Origin: an uncultured bacterium
Lineage (GTDB): Bacteria; Hydrogenedentota; Hydrogenedentia; Hydrogenedentales; JAEUWI01
NCBI GenBank assembly: GCA_963977445.1
Contig: CAXBPH010000007.1
Location: 1 to 50,063 of the forward strand
Direction of reading: 5' to 3'
Length of the DNA stretch: 50,063 nucleotides
Part shown: positions 1 to 8,249 of the stretch, piece by piece
Numbering within the stretch: the stretch's first letter is position 1
How the letters are laid out: the number at the start of each line of letters is the position of its first letter
Notes under the pieces: model-generated
The model's database searches: none
What the model saw: the letters and a program-made list of their open reading frames with translations, nothing else
What the model was told of the DNA's origin: nothing
Program-made: the position numbers and the translations under genes

Positions 1-57
1 ACTTAATACCCCGAGCAGCCCAAAAGATCCCAACTTTGTGAAATATTCGGGCTAGAG

Positions 58-231
58 TTACGTTACTGCGGCGCACATCCGTCCCGAATGACAGCCTTTT
101 GGGACGATGAAGGCCACCATGTCGGGGTTCAAGGCATCCAATACCTGATTTCGGTAGAAGGACGCGGCCCGTCGACGGGTACCCAATTGCTGCTGCAACG
201 CATGTTCACCCTTGGAGCCCGGCAGTTCCAT
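58..231 (-). pseudogene. Truncated N-terminal fragment of a pyridoxamine 5'-phosphate oxidase-family (FMN-binding) protein
   Basis: ATG at 231 follows GAGGA. MELPGSKGEHALQQQLGTRRRAASFYRNQVLDALNPDMVAFI resembles the recalled N-terminus of this family (PGSxGEHxLQ...RAxxFYxxQxLDxL...MxxFI). Similarity stops abruptly and a stop follows 15 codons later. Confidence 0.6.
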
Positions 232-303
232 TTTCTTTTCCTCTTGTATTGTCGCGTATAGGGGCATCGCCCAAGGGCTTGATGTCTACGAACGTCTACG
301 ACC

Positions 304-3279
304 TCAGTTGGTAATCCAGACCGCGCCATAGGGAGGTATTTCGATAGTAGCCTCGAGGTCGTCGTAACGGGTGCCCGAAAGCAGATCGCGCCAGGTGTCG
401 GTGGCGATGAGGTTGAGCTCCACGAGGGGCACGACCTGGGGTTGGTCGGACACATTGTGGAGGGCAAAGATATTCTGATGCCGCGACCGGCTCTCCCGCC
501 AGAAAGCGAATATCTGGGAGCCGAAGTGGAGGGTGTATTGGGTGGCATTCGGGTGGAAGGCCTCCTGCTCGCGGCGAATATTGATGCGTCGCTTCATTTC
601 ATCCAGCACAACCCGATGATGTTTCCTTGGATTGCCAAGGGCTTGCTCCAACTCGTCTTCCTGCCAGCGATGGCGATTGATAGAGCGGGCGCGGCCTGTT
701 TCGGCCACGAGAGCGTGGTCGTTTTCCGTACCCAGGAGGCTGTGAATATAGATGGCGGGCAGACCTTCCAGAGCCAGCAAGACCGTGTGGGCGCAAAGGA
801 ACCGCGCTTGCTGGTAGGCGTCGGGCCCGCCGGCAATGGTGCCCTTGAGCGCGTCATAGAGGGAGATATTCACTTCATAGGGCACTTCGCCCCCATCGGG
901 CATGCGGCGCGTGGAAACGGCACCGCCGAAATCACGGAAGGTATCGAGCATGGCGGTCAGTTGGGTTTCACTCAGCAGGCCTTCTGCCGGGCGCACGCCA
1001 ATGCCATCATGAGAGGCGATAAAATTCAGATAGGTGCGGCCCTGACGCGCGGGGGGCATGGACATCATCCACGTTTTCAGGTGGGTGCAGTCGCCCGTAA
1101 GCAACGCGTTGATCAACAGGGGCGGCAGGGAGAAATTGTAGATGAGGTGGGCTTCATTCTCATTACCAAAGTAACTGAGGTTCTCCCGATTAGGCACGTT
1201 GGTCTCGGTGATGATGACCGCTTCGGGCTCGAGGGTTTCCAAAATCAGTCGGAGCAGCTTGATGATTTCGTGGGTCTGTTTAAGATGGACGCAGGAGGTG
1301 CCCGATTCTTTCCACACGAATGCGACGGCATCCATGCGAAAAAGGGTGACGCCCCGGCGAACGTGGTCGCGCAGCACGCGAATCATGGCGTAGAGCACTT
1401 CGGGGTTGGCGTAATTCAGGTCAACCTGATCTTCGCCAAAGGTGCACCACACTTCCCGCTCACCATTCACGGTCTGCACCTTGGTAAACAGCGGCGTTGG
1501 ACGGGGCCGGACTACCTGACTCCAATCGTCCTCGTCGGAGCGCTCAATAAAAAAGCCACGGCCCGGGTCGATATCTTCCCGGTAATTCCGAAACCATTCG
1601 CTGAATGCCGAGCAGTGATTCAGCACCAGGTCGGACATGATCTTGAAGTCGCTACCAATAGCTTCAATGTCTTCCCAGGAACCCAGATCGGGGTTCACCG
1701 CGTGATAGTCGATGATGGAAAAACCATCGTCGGAGCTATAAGGGAAAAAAGGCAAAATGTGCACACCGCTGAGTGTGTTTCTCAATTCGCGGGACAAGAA
1801 TCGATGCAGGGTGCGCAACGGGGCTTCGTTATCCTTGATGATGGAATCGCCATAGGTAATGGCAATTACATCACGCTGATTCCACTTGTTGACGCCACCC
1901 GTTGAGCTGGTGACATAGCCCTGAATCTGGGATTCTTTCAGCAGGGTGTTGGTAATCGACTCCACCTGATCGATGCCATAGATCTCTTCCACGTGTCGTT
2001 CCACCCGCTGCCGCAGTCGCTGGGCATCGGGGTGACGGGTCGGGTCGGCCACATTGGAGGAGCCAAATTCCCGGGCATCGGCGTCTACGGCTTCCACCAG
2101 CTTCTGATAGATATCGGGCATGGCGGAAACGACCCGCTTCCAGCTCGGCATGAAGGGAGCCTCCATCGACTTGGTGAGAAAGTCCTGGCCGGCATCCATA
2201 ATATTCTGGGAAAAGAGCTCTATCGTTCTGATTTCGCTGTGACGGTCATAGCGCAAGCCATTAAAAATGGCATCGTTTTCGAAGCTTTCCACCAGATCCA
2301 GCGCGATGCGGTAGTAGGTCGCCTTGATGGTGCGAATACGCTCGGAGGAGAAAACTTCGCCCTGGGTGGCCATCTTACGAAAGAGGGACTTGGCGATGTC
2401 GCTGCTCATGCGGGATAGACCCCGGGCCTTGTCTTCTGCCGAGAGGTCCTGGTGTTTGTGGTCGTAGGTGTCGGCCACATCGACCTGGCAAATCTGACTG
2501 GTGGCGTAGTTTCGGTACATCTCCGAGAGGATGCCCATTTCGAGGCCCCAGTCGGAGGGAATATGAATATCTTCGATGACATCCCGTTGGAGCGCAAATT
2601 CGCCGGCCAGGGCATAGCGAAAGCTGTCCAAATATTCGAGATAGCGATTGGGTCCGCACACGGTTCCCATGGCCCGAACGAGCGGGGTAACCAGCAATCG
2701 ACAGACCCGGCCATGCATGGATTGGTTGGCAATGCGGGAATAGTATCCCTTGCAGAATTTATAGCTGAATCGTGGATTGGCCACAGGGTAAATCAGGCGG
2801 GCCAGCATCTCACGGTTGTAGGTGACAATATCGCAATCGTGGAGCGCCACCGATTTCGCCCGACCCGTCGCCAGGATGTAGCCAAACATATACCACACGT
2901 TGCGCCCTTTTCCGGGCTGCTCGGGGGCGAGGCCATGGGACTGCAGCACGGCATCGATGGCCCGGAGGCGGGGCCCGTCATTCCATAGCACGGCGGGCCG
3001 CTGGGGCAAGCGATTAAAGAATCCGAGGGCTTTGCGAAATTGGGATTCGTCGGCCTGATCGAGCCCTACAACCAGTTGGTCGAGATAGGGCACCTTACAC
3101 AGCTCATCGACGATGCCCGACAGGGCCGGGCCTTCCAGCTCGGAGTAGAGGGAGGGCAATATGAGCGCCATGGGGTCGGTCTTGCGAATCTCGAGTAACT
3201 CGGTCTCCAAATCTTCCAATGAACGGGTATGGAGATTGTGCAAGGCGGTGACGATGCCGTGTTGATGAAAGTCTGCCAT
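304..3279 (-). CDS. Fusion protein: glucosyl-3-phosphoglycerate synthase (GpgS-like, aa ~1-405) + GH13_18 sugar phosphorylase, glucosylglycerate-phosphorylase type (aa ~420-991)
   Basis: N-half: MADFHQHGIVTALHNL, GKGRNVW, HDCDI, CKGYY, YALAGEF, DWGLEMG, YDHKHQ. C-half: ITYGD, HILPFFPYSSDDGFS, DLVLNH, RMDAV (nucleophile), ITETNVP (acid/base), ASHDGIG, PYEVN. Single 991-aa ORF. Confidence 0.88.
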   Translation of the reverse strand: MADFHQHGIVTALHNLHTRSLEDLETELLEIRKTDPMALILPSLYSELEGPALSGIVDELCKVPYLDQLVVGLDQADESQFRKALGFFNRLPQRPAVLWNDGPRLRAIDAVLQSHGLAPEQPGKGRNVWYMFGYILATGRAKSVALHDCDIVTYNREMLARLIYPVANPRFSYKFCKGYYSRIANQSMHGRVCRLLVTPLVRAMGTVCGPNRYLEYLDSFRYALAGEFALQRDVIEDIHIPSDWGLEMGILSEMYRNYATSQICQVDVADTYDHKHQDLSAEDKARGLSRMSSDIAKSLFRKMATQGEVFSSERIRTIKATYYRIALDLVESFENDAIFNGLRYDRHSEIRTIELFSQNIMDAGQDFLTKSMEAPFMPSWKRVVSAMPDIYQKLVEAVDADAREFGSSNVADPTRHPDAQRLRQRVERHVEEIYGIDQVESITNTLLKESQIQGYVTSSTGGVNKWNQRDVIAITYGDSIIKDNEAPLRTLHRFLSRELRNTLSGVHILPFFPYSSDDGFSIIDYHAVNPDLGSWEDIEAIGSDFKIMSDLVLNHCSAFSEWFRNYREDIDPGRGFFIERSDEDDWSQVVRPRPTPLFTKVQTVNGEREVWCTFGEDQVDLNYANPEVLYAMIRVLRDHVRRGVTLFRMDAVAFVWKESGTSCVHLKQTHEIIKLLRLILETLEPEAVIITETNVPNRENLSYFGNENEAHLIYNFSLPPLLINALLTGDCTHLKTWMMSMPPARQGRTYLNFIASHDGIGVRPAEGLLSETQLTAMLDTFRDFGGAVSTRRMPDGGEVPYEVNISLYDALKGTIAGGPDAYQQARFLCAHTVLLALEGLPAIYIHSLLGTENDHALVAETGRARSINRHRWQEDELEQALGNPRKHHRVVLDEMKRRINIRREQEAFHPNATQYTLHFGSQIFAFWRESRSRHQNIFALHNVSDQPQVVPLVELNLIATDTWRDLLSGTRYDDLEATIEIPPYGAVWITN

Positions 3280-3291
3280 GATAATACATTC

Positions 3292-4158
3292 CTAGATAAG
3301 GCCTCGGTACGGTTCAAGAAGTTGCAGCAACGACGTGTTCCAGCCCTGGGGGCCGGGCTCAGACGCGTGAATGACCTCCGGTGCGGTGGGCTGTAGCCCG
3401 GCAGGGTGGCGGGGATTGGGGATGACAACGGCTGTATCTGCCGCCGACAACATCTCCAGATCATTCGGGCTGTCGCCCAGGGCCACCACATGCCATTCCG
3501 TGTCTGGCATTCGTTCCTGATAGTGTTCTACGACTCGTTTTAAACCCATTGCCTTATCGGTATTACCCATAAGGTGAATAAATCGTCCACCTTTAATAGT
3601 TCGAACGCCCCCTTCTCCCAAGGCCACCTCAAAGCGCTCCCACAGCGCATCGGTGTCGTGCCAGAGGATAGGCTCGGTTGCGAACCGAGCCATGGAACGT
3701 TCTGCCTGTTCGGCGGACAAACCCGTGTGTTCCACGACTTGCCCGACCGTCCAGTCTGAAAATCCTTCGAATTTATACCCTTCTCGCTCACGTAATTCGT
3801 GGGCAATCGCCAGAATCTCCGCGCGCCCGAGTCCGTTGCTTTCGATCCCGTAGGGCAACGGGGTATCGGGAAGGTCGGGCTCTGGCAGGAGGGTCTTGTC
3901 AGGCGGTGATGCAACGATGGCCCCATTTTCTGCGATCAAGGGGGCGTTCGTTGCCAGGGTCCCGACAAGTTCCATCATTTCATCGAGCGTCTTACTCGAA
4001 CTGAGAACCAGCGGAAAACCCAGTGACTTCAAGAGGTCCAGCGCGGGCGTTGCCGCTTCCCAACGGTAGCTGTCATCCAGCAAGGTACCGTCCAGGTCGG
4101 AGAAGACGAGAAGCCTGGCCTGGCGTTCGGGGGATTCCAATTCCGCTAATACCTTCAT
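3292..4158 (-). CDS. HAD-IIB mannosyl/glucosyl-3-phosphoglycerate phosphatase (MpgP/GpgP family)
   Basis: FSDLDGTLLD, SSSKT, ENGA, GGRFIHL, DKA and LGDSPNDLEML motifs; adjacent to the gpgS-like gene. Start is either 4158 or 4167. Confidence 0.88.
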   Translation of the reverse strand: MKVLAELESPERQARLLVFSDLDGTLLDDSYRWEAATPALDLLKSLGFPLVLSSSKTLDEMMELVGTLATNAPLIAENGAIVASPPDKTLLPEPDLPDTPLPYGIESNGLGRAEILAIAHELREREGYKFEGFSDWTVGQVVEHTGLSAEQAERSMARFATEPILWHDTDALWERFEVALGEGGVRTIKGGRFIHLMGNTDKAMGLKRVVEHYQERMPDTEWHVVALGDSPNDLEMLSAADTAVVIPNPRHPAGLQPTAPEVIHASEPGPQGWNTSLLQLLEPYRGLI

Positions 4159-4311
4159 CGGTCCCATTGTAGCGGAATGGGCCGGTTGAAGGGTAATGGC
4201 GGGCTCGGTGACAACGCCTTGGTGTTACGTATTGGAACGTTTTGCCAACATCCCATGGGCCAGACATCCAAGGGAAATGCGAAAAACCCAACGCACCTTT
4301 CATGGGGGCCC

Positions 4312-4845
4312 TTATCCGCTCACGGCCGCGTGAATCCGCTCAATCTGAAATAGATGGTAGCAATCATGGGCTGCGTAGAGACGCACCATGGACGCCAGGG
4401 TCTCTTTTCCCCGCTGTGAATGAATGCCATAACGAGACCACTGTTCCGGACGCACCCGGCGGAGCAGACGGAGATTGACGGTGCGGATGAGCGAGAAGTT
4501 CTCCAGGGCTTCTTCCAGCAGTACCTCTTCGGGGTAAAGTCCTTCAATCCAGGCATCCTGGTCAACGACAGGAAGCGCAGGACCATCCTCTGCAAGTACG
4601 GTTCGATAACGGTACCCGAGGGCCACTTCCGTCTGTCCGAGGTGTTGGACGACCTGCAGCACGGACCATTTTCCCGGTGCTTCGGGCAAGGCGAGTTGCG
4701 CCTGCGGTATTTTCTCCGTAGCGGCGCGTACGCGATTCGGTGTTTCCGAGAAGACATCCAGGGGTTCACGTTCCCCAAGGTAGGCCAGTAGCGAATCGAT
4801 GTAGTCCGGAGAGTCTCCTGCGGAATGGGAGTTGGAACTGGTCAT
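4312..4845 (-). CDS. DinB/YfiT-family protein
   Basis: APGKWSVLQVVQHL, VDQDAW, GIHSQRG and AAHDCYHLFQI (His triad); GGAGG RBS. Confidence 0.85.
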   Translation of the reverse strand: MTSSNSHSAGDSPDYIDSLLAYLGEREPLDVFSETPNRVRAATEKIPQAQLALPEAPGKWSVLQVVQHLGQTEVALGYRYRTVLAEDGPALPVVDQDAWIEGLYPEEVLLEEALENFSLIRTVNLRLLRRVRPEQWSRYGIHSQRGKETLASMVRLYAAHDCYHLFQIERIHAAVSG

Positions 4846-4935
4846 GACGGCAATCCTCCAGGTTCAGGTTTGTTTCACACGACTCTATGCATACCGAATC
4901 AATGATACGGGCAGCTCAGGGTTCAACGGACGCAA

Positions 4936-5151
4936 TTGGCTACGTTTAATTGGAAGGGGCAGTCACGCGACACGAAATCCGGTTGGGATAGCGCACCGGG
5001 TGCCGGTGCAGGCTGGTGGGTTGGTTGGGTGGAGAAGGGCGAACGCATCGACACCTTCGCCCTGAATCTGGATATCAAGGAAGCAGCCGACGGGGCCAAA
5101 CGGGAGGAGTTTGCCCGGGCCAGTCTCACCACGCTCGGGATTCTACCCTGA
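4936..5151 (+). pseudogene. Internally deleted remnant of a class D (OXA-type) beta-lactamase
   Basis: FNWKGQSRD is joined directly to KSGW...GWWVGWVE...FALNLD...LGILP. There is no STFK motif, no signal peptide, and an in-frame stop lies upstream at 4903-4905. Confidence 0.75.
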
Positions 5152-5159
5152 TGCGTCGC

Positions 5160-5600
5160 CTACCCCTTGGGCGATGGCACCACCATTACGGGACAGGTCG
5201 CCCCTTTTAGCACGCCTTCGCCGACGCTTCCCATAACAAGGTGATAAAGGGCACCGTGGCCATGGGAGCCGACGACAATTAAGTCGGCATTAAGCTTCTC
5301 GGCCTCACTCAATATTTTAACCACCGTAGGCCCCTGGATGACTATGCTGTGGGCTTCGAGACCTGCCGCACGCAGTTCATCGCGGAGGGTGTTTTCCTCT
5401 TTGAAGTGGCGAATCGCCTCCTGGGCCACATTGTCTCGAACATGTTCCGGCCCGGGGTCGTAGCCCACAAAATCCGGTTCCGGGGGCTCGATGTGAAGCA
5501 AGTAGAGGGTCGCCCCATAAGCGGACGCCAGATTGCGGGCCATGTCTACGATCGGTTGGGTCACATCAGAAAAGTCGAGTGCCGCGAGAATGGTCTTCAT
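5160..5600 (-). CDS. Universal stress protein (UspA family)
   Basis: KTILAALDFS and ADLIVVGSHGHG...MGSVGEGVLKGATCPVMVVP; GGAGG RBS. Confidence 0.93.
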   Translation of the reverse strand: MKTILAALDFSDVTQPIVDMARNLASAYGATLYLLHIEPPEPDFVGYDPGPEHVRDNVAQEAIRHFKEENTLRDELRAAGLEAHSIVIQGPTVVKILSEAEKLNADLIVVGSHGHGALYHLVMGSVGEGVLKGATCPVMVVPSPKG

Positions 5601-5700
5601 CGGTTATGCCTCCTGGGTTGCGTTGTACCTTTAGCATAACATGGACGATAAGTAGTTGGTCGGATCTACCCGTCATCCGCTCCAACCACCCAATTACCAG

Positions 5701-5857
5701 CGCCCACTATACTTGCAGCCCAAAAAGCAACCACGGGTGCCACCCTCAAATGATGGTGGGTGACGTGAAGGGATTGCAGGTGCCGTAAAGTCATCCGGTG
5801 GAAAGTGGCTGCCCTACGCCCAAAATACTTGCAGCCAAAAAAGCAACCACAGTTGCC
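5701..5857. repeat. Two-copy 41-bp direct repeat (5701-5741 and 5817-5857) with a 75-bp spacer
   Basis: cgcccactatacttgcagcccaaaaagcaaccacgggtgcc vs cgcccaaaatacttgcagccaaaaaagcaaccacagttgcc; 36/41 identical by manual alignment. Confidence 0.9.
5837..5857 (-). terminator. Probable intrinsic terminator of the murA-hisD-hisC transcript
   Basis: The minus strand reads GGCAAC-TGTG-GTTGC-TTTTTT about 15 nt after the hisC stop. The stem is short. Confidence 0.5.
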
Positions 5858-5871
5858 GTAGTGCCCGCAGT

Positions 5872-6921
5872 CTACCCGACCATCCCGCGTAAGGCGGTGA
5901 GCAACTCATCACACTCTTCATCCGTGCCGATGGTGATGCGAAGGGCAGTGTCCAGTCGGCGGTGCTCGAAATAGCGAACGAGTATCCCCCCTTCCCGGAG
6001 CTTGAGGAAGAGCTCTTTGGCAGTTGGGGTGCCGTTCCAGAAAGCCAACAGGAAATTGCTTTGAGAATCGGGCACGTCAAAGCCCAGAGCAATCAGCGCA
6101 TTGCGCACCCGCTCGCGGGTAACGCAAACCCGACCAGCGGAGATTTCCATATGGGCGTAGTCGTCCATGGCCATGAGGCCGACGAGCTGGCTGATGGCGT
6201 TCATGTTGTAGGAGTCTTTGGTCTTGAGGAATTCCGCGATGAGGGCCGGGTTGGCCACGGCCGTACCAATACGCATGCCTGCGAGACTGAAGGACTTGGA
6301 AAAGGTCCGCATGACGATGACGTTGTCAAAACGGGCGGGAAAATCGATGCAACTGTCGTCGGCAAAGTCCACGTAGGCCTCGTCGATAACCACGATGCCG
6401 TCGAATTCGGTACACAGGCGCTCTACGGCTTCCAGGGGCACCGCCACACCGGTGGGGGCGTTGGGCCGGGTCAGAAGGCAGAGGCGGGCCGGGGTGTTGT
6501 AGAATTCTTCGGTGAGTTGGAAGTCCTCGTCGAGATCCACGTACTTCAGGCCACAGCCGTGCAAATTACAGAGCACTTCATAAAGCGAATAGGTGGGGTA
6601 GGTGGCCAACACCGTATCGCCGGGGTCGACAAAGGTCCGCAGCGCGAGGGCAAGCAATTCGTCCATACCGTTGCCGATGATGACCCAATCGGGACTTTCG
6701 CAGCCATAGCGGGCGGCACAGAGTTCGCGAAATTCCCGCGACACGGGGTCGGGGTATTTCCGCAACCATTCGGGGTCGAATTTTTCGAAGACTTCGGTCA
6801 CCCGGGGCGACGGTGGATAGGGATTTTCGTTGGTGTTGAGTTTTACCAGCCGTTGGCCCTGGGGTTGTTCACCGGGCACGTAGCCTTCCACACCGGCCAG
6901 AATACTGCGGCCATACTTCAT
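5872..6921 (-). CDS. hisC: Histidinol-phosphate aminotransferase
   Basis: KLNTNENPYPPSP, GNGMDE, PNAPTG, DEAYVDF and RTFSKSFSLAGMRIG (PLP lysine); overlaps the hisD stop (ATGA). Confidence 0.95.
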   Translation of the reverse strand: MKYGRSILAGVEGYVPGEQPQGQRLVKLNTNENPYPPSPRVTEVFEKFDPEWLRKYPDPVSREFRELCAARYGCESPDWVIIGNGMDELLALALRTFVDPGDTVLATYPTYSLYEVLCNLHGCGLKYVDLDEDFQLTEEFYNTPARLCLLTRPNAPTGVAVPLEAVERLCTEFDGIVVIDEAYVDFADDSCIDFPARFDNVIVMRTFSKSFSLAGMRIGTAVANPALIAEFLKTKDSYNMNAISQLVGLMAMDDYAHMEISAGRVCVTRERVRNALIALGFDVPDSQSNFLLAFWNGTPTAKELFLKLREGGILVRYFEHRRLDTALRITIGTDEECDELLTALRGMVG

Positions 6922-8231
6922 GATTGACGAACCTCGATAGAGCGGGCGTGGGCCTGAAGCTCTTCCGCCTCCGCAAATTCGCGGATATCGGCGGCGTCCC
7001 GTTCCAGGCGTTCCCGGGAGTAATACAACATACTGGTGACTTTACGAAAATCTTCGGCGGTCAGGGGCGATGAAAAACGTGCCTTCCGACCGGTGGGTAA
7101 AATATGGTTGGGGCCCGCGTAGTAATCACCCACCGCGACCGGGGTCATGGGGCCAAGCATCATGGCACCGGCGTGTTTGATGCGATCCACAAAGTTGCGG
7201 GGATACTCTACCTGGACACTCAGGTGCTCGGGGGCATAGAGATTGGTAAGCTCCACGGCCTCATCAATCGTGCGGGTCTGAATAAGGACGCCGCAATTGT
7301 TGAGGGACTGCTCAATAATGGACTTGCGCGGCAATTTCGCCGTTTCTTCGATGAGCCGGGCTTTTACATCCTTGATGAGTCGGGCCGACGGGGTAATCAG
7401 GACGGCCATAGCCTCTTCGTCGTGCTCGGCCTGGGCCAGCAACTCGGCGGCTACATAGATGGGGTTGGCATGATCGTCGGCCAGCACCACCACCTCGGAT
7501 GGCCCGGCTTCACTATCGATTTCCACGGTGCCTCGGACGAGTGCCTTGGCGGCCGTCACAAAGGTGTTGCCGGGTCCCGTAATTTTGGTCACGGCAGGAA
7601 TGGTCTCGGTGCCATAGGCCAGGGCTGCTATGGCCTGGGCACCACCCACACGAAAAACACGGGTGGCACCGGCTATCTTGGCCGCCGCCAGCACGACAGG
7701 GTGAATTCCACCGTTGTAGGATGGGGGCGACACCATAACGATTTCTTTGACGCCTGCCACACGGGCAGGAACAATATTCATCAAGACGGAGGAGGGGTAA
7801 AAGGCTTTTCCGCCGGGCACGTAAACGCCCGCACTCTCGATGGCGGTAATTCGCTGACCGAGAACGGTGCCGTCTTCCTGGGTTTCTTCCCAGGACTCCC
7901 GCAACGACTTGCCGTGGAAGTTGCGAATATTCTCGTGAGCACGCTCCAGAATCTGGCGCATGCGGGGTTCGAGGGAGGACAGCGCGGCATTGATCTCTTT
8001 GGGCGTAACCTCAAACTGCTCGGCAGTAAGACGAACACCGTCGAAACGCTCGGTGTAGTCGACGAGGGCTTTGTCACCCTGCGTTCGCACCGTATCTACG
8101 ATAACCTTGGTTGCATCCAGTTTGTCCTGAATACCCTGCCCAAGGCTCTGACTGTCGCCGTGGCTCGTAACGAAGGCACAGACCTCCGCGAAACCCGCGT
8201 CATTTCGCACAACAAATTCTTTCATGCTCAT
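6918..8231 (-). CDS. hisD: Histidinol dehydrogenase
   Basis: [55 protein letters not shown]. Confidence 0.96.
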   Translation of the reverse strand: MSMKEFVVRNDAGFAEVCAFVTSHGDSQSLGQGIQDKLDATKVIVDTVRTQGDKALVDYTERFDGVRLTAEQFEVTPKEINAALSSLEPRMRQILERAHENIRNFHGKSLRESWEETQEDGTVLGQRITAIESAGVYVPGGKAFYPSSVLMNIVPARVAGVKEIVMVSPPSYNGGIHPVVLAAAKIAGATRVFRVGGAQAIAALAYGTETIPAVTKITGPGNTFVTAAKALVRGTVEIDSEAGPSEVVVLADDHANPIYVAAELLAQAEHDEEAMAVLITPSARLIKDVKARLIEETAKLPRKSIIEQSLNNCGVLIQTRTIDEAVELTNLYAPEHLSVQVEYPRNFVDRIKHAGAMMLGPMTPVAVGDYYAGPNHILPTGRKARFSSPLTAEDFRKVTSMLYYSRERLERDAADIREFAEAEELQAHARSIEVRQS

Positions 8232-8249
8232 CCCGTTCTGACGGCGTGC

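Noticed and set aside
442..1905. 487-aa plus-strand ORF, and similar long antisense ORFs (5962-6927, 7104-8384, 12176-13585, 24737-26011, 34681-35790)
   Set aside because: These are antisense shadows of well-supported genes, expected from codon bias in GC-rich DNA. They carry no recognisable motifs.
304..2050. Sucrose phosphorylase or alpha-amylase call for the GH13 domain
   Set aside because: The ETN and YEVN specificity motifs and the gpgS/gpgP context favour glucosylglycerate phosphorylase.
4936..5151. Functional beta-lactamase resistance gene
   Set aside because: It lacks the catalytic STFK and SxV motifs, a signal peptide and a credible start.
5701..5857. Direct repeat read as a minimal CRISPR array
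   Set aside because: There are only two copies, the 75-bp spacer is too long, no cas genes are present, and the unit looks like a terminator.
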